Shown: piece after piece, positions 1 to 11,100 of the stretch | Numbering within the stretch: position 1 is the stretch's first letter | Layout: each line of letters begins with the position of its first letter | Position numbers and translations under genes: made by a program | The notes under the pieces: model-generated | Database searches by the model: none | What the model saw: the letters and a program-made list of their open reading frames with translations, nothing else | Told to the model about the DNA's origin: nothing | DNA from: a virus | Taxonomy: Duplodnaviria > Caudoviricetes | Length of the DNA stretch: 64,000 nucleotides | Virus record (IMG/VR): IMGVR_UViG_3300021255_004427 | Coordinates: 64,001-128,000 of that record | Strand: one strand, 5' to 3'

Positions 1-13
1 GAGCACAAGAGGC

Positions 14-3000
14 TTGACGCTGCCTATGCTCAGTGCTCTCGAAAATGTGGCGAGAGAAACCGCTGCTCAGGACGGTAGAGACGCCCTTGAAATTATCAGC
101 CTCCTAAGACTAAATAATGGTGAACAAATTCTTGACGGCGTAAAAGCCATGGTTGGAGCTCATGGCGGTACAGATGGCGCGTTTTTGAATAACCGTCTTA
201 ATCGACTGGTAAGCAAATTCGCACGAAACGAATCCGCAACAAAGGGATCTGTCGAACTTTTAGAAGACATTTCTGGTGCTTGGACTGATGATATTTCCGC
301 TGCCGGTGGCTTAGATTTTTATGGGCAGCTACAGAGAGAGCTGTCTAAAGAAGCGTTAATGCGTATGGCAGAAAACTCTCGTGACGAGGCCGGCGGCTTA
401 TACAATGCGATAAAAGGTGTTATTGAAAAAAGCAGCATGTCTCACGCTGACGAGGAAGCCGCAAAAAGACTGGCCTATACGTCAATCTTGGATAATGAAA
501 CCATGAATGCGTTTACCGGCTTCGGGAAATATCAGCGTAGCGAGTATGATGTTGTCGATCCGATAACCAACCAGTCCTTACTGGAGAGCCTTATCGCAAA
601 ATATACCACTGTTGCGGGCGGAAAAACTACGCGGGCAGGCGAACAAGATGCGTCCAGGGTTATCCAGGATATGGTTAATGATGGCCATGAATGGCAGATG
701 CTGCATGCTAATGGACGCAACCATGAGAGTGATATACCCGAGCAGTACATTGAATCCGACTATGCAATACTCCGCAAAAGCTCCGGGCCTTTGGAAATTC
801 TAAAAGCCATAAATCAATCCATAACGGATAGTTCGTTAGATGCACTCAAAGATGAAGGAATGAACTTCATTAATCAGCTCAAGGCTGGCGGACATGATGC
901 TGGGAATCTATCCAGAATGACGATGGTTCCGTATTTCTTCTTGCGGCGCTTAGGTGGAGACGATCTGCCTCCTTTCTTACAGTTTTCAAACGAGGCTCTT
1001 GATAGCACATGGGGGTTAACAAAAGCAATAGCTAAAAGAATCGCTCCTGTGGCTATCGGAGAAACTTATCTTGAGTGGGGCGACGATACTGTAGGTGCAG
1101 TTACCGGTGTCAGACCAAGTGCGGGATTCGTAAACACTCTGGATTACATGGATATTGGCGCGAGGACTATGCTGGATATGACCGGGATAGGTGGCTTTCT
1201 TGAAAGCGAATCTTACGTCAATCCTATCATGCAATATTGGGGTGGCCGGGATGGCTATTATGATGCCGATGAAGAACGTGATTTTATTGCCAATGGATAT
1301 GAAGCGGTAAGGCGCGGGCGTTATTGGTCATTTGGTTCGGTAAATGAGTTCCGTGGTTCGACAGTCGAGTATTATCAGCCAACACTTACCAGACGACTTA
1401 ATAGCGACTACTACAATAAATCATTGTATAGTGGTTATTGGGATAAATGGGGGCATTCTCTGTTACCTACGCCAACAGCACCATTTTCCCCGCTCGTTTA
1501 TTTAATGGACCCGTACTATCTCGAGGAAGAGCATAAGGAAGATCGCCCATACACGGTTTCCGGCACAATGTTTGATAAAGAAACTCCTTGGGGTATCGTC
1601 CTTAATCCTACAATCGGTGAACTTGTAAAACCGGTTGTTAAGATGAACCAGGACAGGCTGACGGATGGCGGGCAAGATGTAAAAGCCATTATCTATGGTA
1701 TAAACCAGCATATCCGTGATACTGCTCAGGGTGACCACGCATACGCCATGGTATTCGACCGCGAACAGATTACCGCCGGCGAATATACTTCATACGCATC
1801 TCCCTCGCTTGGCCAGTATAATATCCGTATTGGTAAGGATCGTGGGGAGCAGATGCATCAGGAGCAGCTTGATGCTCTTGGCGGGCCGATGGAACCAGAG
1901 CGTCGCGAAACTCTTTATGAGGGCGGCGGTTCTGGTGATGGCTCTGGTAGCGGATTAGGATTCGGCGGTTCTGGTGGCGGAGGTTCTTTTGGTGGGCAAT
2001 ATCCGCTTGACCTTTTAGGACAGACAAATCGAAAAATATACGTAGCTGCCGCCCGCAATGAAAACAAAGGCGGCATGATCACCACCGACTATATTCGCCA
2101 TAGTAAAGTAGACGAAATCCTCGGCAACGAAGATATGGGTGACCTGATTAACGCCGGAGCTGGTGGCGATCTTGTTCACGAGACAGCTCAGTCGCTAAGA
2201 TTAATTGGCGGTATCTATGGTTATGGCGCAAACAGAGCGTTTGGATTCGGCGAGCGTGATGGAAAGCAAATTGCAGATGCCGGAGACATTGACTCTTTTA
2301 GTCGTTCATTCTGGGATGAATCCGTTGGTGGTATTGGCGGCGGCGTAGCAGAAATTGGGCGTCGTTTTATCCCGGAATACAGGCGAAACATACGTGTCAA
2401 TCCGCTCTTAAATACGATGCCAGATTGGCTTCCAGAGAAGCTAAGATTCGGGGACCCGTATGCGCAATTGCCTAAAGGAGAGGCTCGTCTTCCCGGCAAA
2501 GGGTATGAAGCGTTAAATGAATTACACCCGGACTCCTATGGAATTTATGGCAGCTACGACCGTTATAAGATTTTGGCTGACGTCGCTCCAAATTCAACAG
2601 AGTTTAAGGTCTGGAAAAAGATTGCGAACGCTACGGTTACTGACCCTGTTCTAAAAAAGGACATGGAAAAAATCCAAGAGCGCGTGAACGAACAAAACAA
2701 ACAGCACGATTTTTACGACTATCGGATTCTCGGTAAAGACGTGGATTATCAGGACGCTATTATCCAAGAGGTCAACAAGGATGGTTCATTCCGCATTCGT
2801 GGGTCGAATAGATTATTAACTCTTGCAGGCATTGAGTTTGATAAAACGACCGCGATGAGTGGGGCTGGTAATCAGATTATGGCCGAGTATTTACATCCCG
2901 GCCAGAGTGTAACCATCGCAACAGATTCGAATGAGTATAACAGAGACAATCCTGACGGTACAAATAATGGGGAAGGCACTGTAAATGCAGCTGTATTTGT

Positions 3001-5092
3001 TGACGATGAAAGTGTCAGTGAGCTTTTACTTAATGAACACAAGGACGTAATCAAAAAGAAAAAAGACCATCTTAATGCTGCGGACGTATATGCCCTAACA
3101 AGTACATTTGACCGCGTGCTTGGCGGTGCTGCAGAGATTGTTGCTCATGCCGATCTGCCGTTAATCCATGATCGGTGGTTACGTGTAAGAAGCCCGCTTG
3201 AATCGTATAATGCAGAACAAGTATACGGCACGCCATACCAAACATGGTCAGACGTGTGGGGGACGTATATCCAACCGGCTATGGAGAGGGCAGTGTCGGA
3301 TCATTGGGGTGTAATCCGTGGTGCCGCAGAATGGTTCGCTCTAAATAACTTGCAGGCCAGAGAAGGTATTGGTAAAACAAAGAAAATGCTGCTATCTGGA
3401 GCGGCCGCGCTAATGGATAGAGGGGCGTTTATTGGCAGTAGTATTGCTACGTTCTTCCGTCCTGGTGATGGCGAATTGTTCCAGAAAGGCGGTAAAATAG
3501 GCTTAGGCTTGTCGCTCCTTGGCAATCTGTATACCAGCGCGCAGTCAAGCCCAACAGAGGCAGCCGCGAGCTATGCCACGGTTGGTTGGATGGCTGCAGA
3601 TGTGCTGGATACAGAAAAAGAAAAATTCACCAAAGCGCTTAGCGGTTCTATAGAGAAGTTTTTCCGAAATGAAGAATCGTGGAAGTTTAGAACAAAAGGT
3701 GCGTTTATTGGCGCGGCTGCCGGCGTGGCCATGTCTGGCTTATTTGGCCCATCACTTGAAAGTGGAGAGCGTGCCCATTGGACTCCGGACAGGATAAAAC
3801 AAAAGTGGGAACTTGAAGATTACTTTGACCGTCTGACATATATAAAATATACGGGGCTCTATAACCGCGCAGCAGAACTTGCCAAGAGCGAAGAAGGCAC
3901 GGATGTAAAGAAGATTTTTGATGACTATGAAGAATGGAGCGATTGGCGCCGCGAAATTATGCAGGACTCGGACGTAAACAACACCGAGTTCACCCATCTA
4001 GCCAAGAAGAGAATCCAGCGAGCATTAGATGGTCTTCATGATGAAATCTTCGGCAGTAATGATGAGAATAACCATCGTTTTGAATATAGCAATGGCTTTT
4101 CGATAAACGATCTGCCGGGTGTCCGCAATGGTGTATTCCATTCTGAAGAAGTATCCGAGGAAGAACGGCTTTATACACTGAATGCTTTGGTAACGATGGG
4201 TGTTCGATACAATAAACCGGGCACGTCGCGCACTCAGGAAGATCGTGACATGAGCCAGCTCAGAGAATTTGAGCGCGTGTATGGAACTAAAATTCCGGAC
4301 TACTATCAGGTACATCACATTGTAGAGTTCTCAGAAAACGGTGCGGATGACCCATCTAATATGATTGCTCTCAACCCGGACGATCATCAGTATATCACCG
4401 AACAGCAAAAGAAAATCTCGGAGGGCGATTTTACTGCTGCTGAAATTGGTGCAAGAACTGCCATGCGTATCGGCGAATATGGACGGGCAGCACTGCTCTA
4501 CAAGAAGGCTGCGGAATCCACTATGTATGGTTTGCGGGCGGATGCTAGGTGGACAGATGTTGTAAAAGCCTTGCCGAAATACGAGCGAGATTATTTCACT
4601 GAGTTCATGCGTGAAAACGATCCTGAAAAGCGCGAGGAAATTCTGCAGACCGTATCGCCATTTTTAAGGCGAGCATTGAAGCAGGTCTGGAAGATGGACT
4701 ACGAATCTGATAAAGGGCCGGACAATGAAGAATATTTTCAGAGTCATAATCTGCCAAACTTCCAGTGGGAAGGGTGGGATCCGGATTCTGACTTGAACAA
4801 GGTAAAAGCAAAGACCATTAAAAACGAAGGCATGCTTTTCTCCGATTTTGGAATATACGAATCTACGTATCGTGACCAAGAAGTTATCAATGCGCCAAAT
4901 CTATCGCCTAAAGGTGGAGACGATCCGATAACAGTACAGGCAAATCTGCAGGCAACTTTGTCTGGTTTGGGACTTGTGGGTGTCGAAGTTTCTGTCGAGC
5001 CAAAGTCCACAAAAGGTATTACCTCGGTAATTAACGTCACGAAGGTAACATCGTATAAGCTGGGAGAAACGGTTGATAACCTATTCTCCTGA
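14..5092 (+). CDS. Giant virion-associated protein, 5'-truncated by the window edge, with an HNH nuclease domain near the C-terminus
   Basis: The frame is open back to base 2, so the true start is upstream of the window. HNH-type motif YQVHHIVEFSENGADDPSNMIALNPDDH at ~4292-4400. Gly-rich linker and hydrophobic segments. First of three giant genes preceding baseplate genes. Confidence 0.6.
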   Translation: MTLPMLSALENVARETAAQDGRDALEIISLLRLNNGEQILDGVKAMVGAHGGTDGAFLNNRLNRLVSKFARNESATKGSVELLEDISGAWTDDISAAGGLDFYGQLQRELSKEALMRMAENSRDEAGGLYNAIKGVIEKSSMSHADEEAAKRLAYTSILDNETMNAFTGFGKYQRSEYDVVDPITNQSLLESLIAKYTTVAGGKTTRAGEQDASRVIQDMVNDGHEWQMLHANGRNHESDIPEQYIESDYAILRKSSGPLEILKAINQSITDSSLDALKDEGMNFINQLKAGGHDAGNLSRMTMVPYFFLRRLGGDDLPPFLQFSNEALDSTWGLTKAIAKRIAPVAIGETYLEWGDDTVGAVTGVRPSAGFVNTLDYMDIGARTMLDMTGIGGFLESESYVNPIMQYWGGRDGYYDADEERDFIANGYEAVRRGRYWSFGSVNEFRGSTVEYYQPTLTRRLNSDYYNKSLYSGYWDKWGHSLLPTPTAPFSPLVYLMDPYYLEEEHKEDRPYTVSGTMFDKETPWGIVLNPTIGELVKPVVKMNQDRLTDGGQDVKAIIYGINQHIRDTAQGDHAYAMVFDREQITAGEYTSYASPSLGQYNIRIGKDRGEQMHQEQLDALGGPMEPERRETLYEGGGSGDGSGSGLGFGGSGGGGSFGGQYPLDLLGQTNRKIYVAAARNENKGGMITTDYIRHSKVDEILGNEDMGDLINAGAGGDLVHETAQSLRLIGGIYGYGANRAFGFGERDGKQIADAGDIDSFSRSFWDESVGGIGGGVAEIGRRFIPEYRRNIRVNPLLNTMPDWLPEKLRFGDPYAQLPKGEARLPGKGYEALNELHPDSYGIYGSYDRYKILADVAPNSTEFKVWKKIANATVTDPVLKKDMEKIQERVNEQNKQHDFYDYRILGKDVDYQDAIIQEVNKDGSFRIRGSNRLLTLAGIEFDKTTAMSGAGNQIMAEYLHPGQSVTIATDSNEYNRDNPDGTNNGEGTVNAAVFVDDESVSELLLNEHKDVIKKKKDHLNAADVYALTSTFDRVLGGAAEIVAHADLPLIHDRWLRVRSPLESYNAEQVYGTPYQTWSDVWGTYIQPAMERAVSDHWGVIRGAAEWFALNNLQAREGIGKTKKMLLSGAAALMDRGAFIGSSIATFFRPGDGELFQKGGKIGLGLSLLGNLYTSAQSSPTEAAASYATVGWMAADVLDTEKEKFTKALSGSIEKFFRNEESWKFRTKGAFIGAAAGVAMSGLFGPSLESGERAHWTPDRIKQKWELEDYFDRLTYIKYTGLYNRAAELAKSEEGTDVKKIFDDYEEWSDWRREIMQDSDVNNTEFTHLAKKRIQRALDGLHDEIFGSNDENNHRFEYSNGFSINDLPGVRNGVFHSEEVSEEERLYTLNALVTMGVRYNKPGTSRTQEDRDMSQLREFERVYGTKIPDYYQVHHIVEFSENGADDPSNMIALNPDDHQYITEQQKKISEGDFTAAEIGARTAMRIGEYGRAALLYKKAAESTMYGLRADARWTDVVKALPKYERDYFTEFMRENDPEKREEILQTVSPFLRRALKQVWKMDYESDKGPDNEEYFQSHNLPNFQWEGWDPDSDLNKVKAKTIKNEGMLFSDFGIYESTYRDQEVINAPNLSPKGGDDPITVQANLQATLSGLGLVGVEVSVEPKSTKGITSVINVTKVTSYKLGETVDNLFS

Positions 5093-5101
5093 GTAATTTT
5101 T

Positions 5102-5134
5102 GACGACTGTAATCTTGCAGTCGTCTTTTGTTTT
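5102..5134 (+). terminator. Intrinsic terminator-like hairpin
   Basis: GACGACTG-TAATCTTG-CAGTCGTC followed by TTTTGTTTT, just after the stop of the first giant gene. Confidence 0.65.
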
Positions 5135-5147
5135 AGGAGAATAATTA

Positions 5148-8100
5148 ATGGCAAATAACATTTATTCCAATCGGGCGACATCCCGACTTGCAAATAGAGA
5201 AAGACAGAATCGGGCGGCAGAAGACCGTTTAATTAAAAGAAGCAGTCAACAATATTCAGAAGAGCTTAGGCAGTACAATGAAGACAAAAAGGCTTCAAAA
5301 AGTGTGACTGACAATTCGTTGGTGAAGCCGGTATTTCAGCACCCAATAGACTTAGAGATAGAACTTGAGATCTTAAATAACCAAGCGCTGATTCCATCCA
5401 TGTCTAGAATTGCTAATTTTGACTGGGCGGGCGCAAATGCAGTTTATGGGGCGCTCCCAAAGCGCTTTAATGAGCGAGGGGAAGTAAGTACTGAAGTAGC
5501 AAATATATATGAACAAAAATTCCTGCCCGTAGTGGGAGAGCTGTTAAATAGCGTACAATCCCCTACGCAGTTAAGCACGGTGCAATCTGGTGATGAATTA
5601 TTAAAACGCACAATCATTCAGGATGCCCAGCTTAACTATGCCTTCAATCACAATGCCCTTGTAAAAACGAATATGCAAAAACAAAAGAAAGTTGTTGAGC
5701 ATATCCAGAAGACCGGGAAATTTATTGAGTATGACCTCGAGGGTATTGGAAACGATATAACCGAATTCTCCTTTATTGAATTTGACACCAAGGCCAAGAC
5801 CGGCACGCCGGTAAAGAAATGGATGACCGGCCTTACTGGTGTTAATCCGGAAACCGCAAAAGAACTTCAGTCATTAATTGACGATTATAGACAGTTCGGT
5901 TTCAAACATGGTGACCAAAAAAATGGTGTATCCGAAGCAGATCGTTACAAACTGGAAACCATTGCTAAGCGTGGGCATAAAAAGACGGTTGTAGAAAATA
6001 AGGATGGCATTAACATCCTTAAAAGTTATGCTGTTAACGAAGACGTTTTGATTCCACAGGTCGAAGATTTAGAGCGCGGTCTGCAAGGGCTCATTGATGA
6101 CTATAATGTAATCCACAGTGCAAAACCCAAAACATATAGTTTTGACGGGAGACAGTACCAGCTCTATCGCGACGACTATATGATGCTACGCATGCTTTAC
6201 GACGCAAAAAAGCGCAATATAGCCCTGTCAGGTCTCAACGTTTTTGGTTACGACAACGCCCAGATAAACCGCAAATTCAACCAGGCTACTGGTGACGCAT
6301 ATTTGCTATGGAAGCAGATAACCGGCACGGGCGATATGAATGACGCATTCCTCATTATGGATAAAACAATGATCCATCGTGAGAAAAACGACCCCGCAAA
6401 AATTCTGGCAAATGTTAATGGCGCTCTCGAAGATATTGTGGCGAACCCAGGGAATACATTAAATACATCCCGGGGGCAGCAGGCAAGATACGGTAATACG
6501 ATTGACCCGGCAACCGGGAAAATCATAAATGGCCCCGACCGTTACCAGCAGATGATGCATGAGCTGTTTAATGGCGTAATCTATGCGCAGCACGCAGCTT
6601 TCTCGGATACAGCTATTCAAGGTTTCACAACTATTGATATGCTGAAGGATAGCTCTTTTACGGCTACAGTAAAAGATGAGAACGGGAAGAACGTAGCAAA
6701 CCCTGATTATATATTCAGCAATAGCAAAATGGAACCCGAAAGACTCGCTAAGGCCGGGGATATCTTTTATGTCCAAAAGGGTGTTATGGGGAATACCGCT
6801 GCTGGCGGCATGAGCTTCGTTGTTGACGGATTATCTGGCGATATAAGATTTGACGGAGTAAGATTTGATGCTCAGGGAAAACTCCTGACAAAAGAGAATC
6901 TGGTAGCACCGGCGCTAAAGAGTAATACTTATGCCATGCTTGCTGGCGTAAAAGAGATATCTGTTGACAGCGCTATCGGAAGAGAATATGGAAAAATCAA
7001 AGGCACGGCCGGGGCGGAAAATCTCGTAGCCTTGATGTTCTATCAGTATGGCGAGGCATATAAAGGAGACGCAGAAGGAAGATTAAAGGACTTAAATGTC
7101 TGGGTAGGCACAAAAACCGAAGCGGAGGAATTTCTCGGTTCTAACCCGTATGTAGGTTCTGTTGTCCCTCAAAGCGCTCCAAAGACACTCGAAGATTGGC
7201 GCACCATATCTTCGACAAACGGGCATATTGATACAACAGGAGTGTCTCCCTCTGTAAATGAAAAATTTGGCAAGAGGCATGAAGATGGCTCTATAGCAGA
7301 CTTAAGTGAGGCTGTAGAAGAATCTAATATAACAAAGCAGCGGGATTCTGCAAGTAATTGGCTCCGCAGCCTCAATTATAATAAGGCGAAAAACGCACTG
7401 AAATATATAAAGGCTCTAAATGAGGAAAAAGAGAACCGCAAAGCAGGGGGGAGTATTTCAGAGTTTGCAGTTCAGCGCCTTAAAGAAGTTGCGGGAGATC
7501 GTAAAGCCCTGGAAAAAGCATATGGAATGCTTAAACCGTACGAGGACGCCGAAGAAGTATTAACACAAACTATTGCTAATGCGACTTACTCAGCAGGATA
7601 TTTGGATAAAGTAAAAGATATTCTGGAAGAGTCTCTGGAGTTGACCGATAAGCTGGCTGGCGCAAATGCGAAAAAAGAAGTTAAGGATCAGTATTTTGTA
7701 CAAATCTACGAACATGCGCTGAGTGTATTAGCTGAAGAAACTGAAGGGGAGAAAGCTAAAGCACAGGCCGGCAAACAGGCAGCAGGTGGGCACCCAAAGG
7801 TCGATAATGAACTCAGGACTTACACACCGGCTCAGGCATATGGACAAACAGCCGAAGGACAGCTTAGAACTGGCAAGCAGGCTCGATCTATCTTGTTGGA
7901 TATTTCCAGTATCATGCCAGAAAACCGCAGTCATAATGCGGGGCTCAACAGTCAAACCGGTACATTCTTTGAGATTGATCCAAACGAAACTGAGCCTCAC
8001 TGGGGGGCCAGACTGTCTAAGCTCCTCGGAACGGAGAATAGGGCTGTGGCGGTGCGCAAACTAGGCGCTCTTATTTCTAAGCAGTATGGAGAAATTAAAG

Positions 8101-11100
8101 GCGTCAAGAGACTTTCGCGCGATTTAGAAAATATGCCTGCAGAACCCTCGGCAATGATGCTGAGGGTAAACCAGACGCTGGATATGATCCAAAGATTCCG
8201 ACCGGAAATACTAAGAAATCCAGAAACAAAATATCTGGATACAGTTAACGGTCCGGCCTCTGTCGATACTCTTAATGGCCTTTCTGAAGAAAAGCAGAAA
8301 GCTATTAAAGAGAAGATGTATGATGTCAGCGGTATTGAAAAAGTATACAGTGGCAAGGAAAAAATAGAAAATCTCGTCGAGAAAATCACAGAGTCTATTT
8401 TTGAGCCAACCAGCTTATTCAATCTGAAAGATAATAAAGTTACAAAAGCCGCACAAGACGAATTAGTTAAGCATGGATATTCCCCGTGGGAAGCAGAAGA
8501 AATTATTCGTGACCGTGATAAGCGGATGGGGGCAACCAAGAGGTATTTGCGTAATGCTCTGACCCCGATTCTTAGTGCGGGTAATCAGGTAACGCACAGG
8601 TTCGATTTAAGCAGAAAACGGCTTGAGCTTATTGATGATTCCAACGGCAACGTGTTTGATATTTCTTATCTGTTGCCGATAGAACGTTATGATTCTAAGA
8701 CAGGCCGGTTCTATACACAGTTAGGCAATTCCCAAATTGCTACGCTTAAAACGCTGGGCCGTAGTATGAATGACGAAACCGGTGCGCTAGGGGATTTTGG
8801 ATTACGTACACAAATCGACATCGCGGCAGACCATTTGGCGCGATACGCAAGATACGCCAATAATACGGGGCGCACAGCAAGCGAAAACATCAGTACACTG
8901 CAGTGGGTGATGAAAAAAGCAGTTGAGCTTATTCGTCCCGACAGTGTAACAAGATACGACCATCAGGATAAACGTTTTGGCTTGATGCTCGACTTTATGC
9001 CGCTGGTAAAAGAGTTTGGCTATTTTAAGCAGACTGGTGCGTTTACCGACCTAAGCCTTAGTGAGGGGACAACTAAAGCTCTAAATGCCATGGCGAAGCG
9101 GCTCGCAAAAGAAAACGAGAACGTAGAAGCCGGCAAAAAGTCTATGGCTGTTAACGATGTAAAACCGGATGAACTCGAAGCCATTTATAAAGACTTCGAT
9201 ACCATTTTCGGCGCCTTAGCAGAAGATAGTAAGTTTTCACAAGCTGTATTTGGCAATCTGCCACAAAGCAAAAAAGAATACGCACAATCCAGATTAGCTC
9301 ATATCAACAGGCATGCCGTCAAAGATCCGAGCAGAGCGCTGGCTTCATTTACAAACACGGGGTATGATGCAACGGCTTTCGCTGGCAAAGATAATCGTTC
9401 TGTAACTGTTGTTACGGCCAGAGCTCGGACGATGGACGTAGACAGCTTCTTACGTGAAGATAAGAGTCGAAAAGAGCTTGTCCGTGGCGGCAGGATTCTC
9501 CTTACCGAAGCTGAAGAAGCCGACATGACGCATGGGCGCTACGGAACCATTCGCACGAGAGCACTGAATATTGATACTTCAGTTTACGAGTCTGTGATTG
9601 CCGCCCGCCTTGAAGACGAAGCAAGCGGTAAGGTTCAAAAGGTATTATCCAGCCTTAAAGATTCGGACGAAGTAGTCCGCTTTTTAAACGAGAATGGCTC
9701 AATAGCTAATCCGCGGCTTCTGCATTTATTCCCGAAAAATATTAATCAGAAACATCTGACGGATGGCCTTATTGATATAGATGAGCTCCAAGGCACTGCA
9801 ACTATAGAGGCAATAGAAAACGAGAAGAAGGTTCGTCGTGCCACAGAAGAAGTGGTAGAGCTTGTCCGGGAAGCGGATAAAGTCGCCTTTAAATATGCGG
9901 CTGATGGTCGCGGCTGGGAATATGTCCAGCGCGGCGATATTATTGCCTGGGATAAAAGTTATGCCGGTACTCCGTCAAAAGTACGAGCAGAGCGAGAGGG
10001 ATATCTTTATAAGCGCTACTTCATGGGAGGACGTGAAGTAGATGAAGCCGAAATCAATGATGTCCTCAATAAACATTTTGACAAATTCAAAGAGTATGGT
10101 AGGGGTGCATCTTCTAAAACCAATGCTGAAATCAGGCAAATAGCGGCAGAGATTTTATCCGGAGAAGGGTACACGCTCCGCTACATTGTTAAGTCTGGAG
10201 ACGCTCTTGGGTATCAGAAGCTCATAGACAATAAAGAAAAAGCCGTAAACGACTTTTTACTGGCCGGTCTCGGTGAAGCCGATGAAGACATTAAAAAGCT
10301 TTTAGTCCCCAAAGAAGGCGGCGTGGCGAAAAAAGTTCTTCGTCCGTCACCAGAGGCCCTGAAGGATATCGAGCACTTTAATGCTTATCTGGAAGCAAAT
10401 GGGTATCGAGCAATTGACAAAAAATCTATTGCGGATTGGGGCGAATTTAAGAAAAAGGTTATCGCCGAACAGTCAGTTAAATTTGATGCGGTAACACAAT
10501 CGTTACAAGACGCTGGCTTTGTAGATAAAGACACAATCAAAAACGGCGTGAATCGCCTCGGTATTGTTAGCACGGCAATGCTTGAACAAATGAAAGGTTC
10601 ACACCGGGAAAATGACCGTATCGAATCCCGCATTGCCGATGCAATCGACGCGCATGCTAGAGCAATAGAAGCTGACGAAAAAGCTAAGGCTAAAGCAAAA
10701 GGGATTGAGTATGCCGGTTCTTTTGAAGCTGCCTACCAAAAAGCATCCGAAGAGATCCTTGGCCAATTGCAGCAGAAAGCTGTATTTAAGGACAGGGACG
10801 GCAATAATCTTCTCGCTGGCATGGACTTGTCAGCTGAAAGAGGGCATGACGGCATTGTCCTTAGCAATGATTTGTACACCGTCGATATTAACAAGCTGGA
10901 TAAAATCGTTGGCCAATATGTAAAGGAAAACCGCGTTACGGCGGATGGTGTTAGCGAAAGTGTTCGAAAAGCGATAGCTTCTTCCATCGAGTACAACGCC
11001 GGTGTAGAGATGGATAAAAAGGAATCGGCGTTCAGGGAAGGCCGCCTATCGCAAGAAGCATACGATAAAGCAAAAGGCGATTTTCAGGATCAAATAAAAA

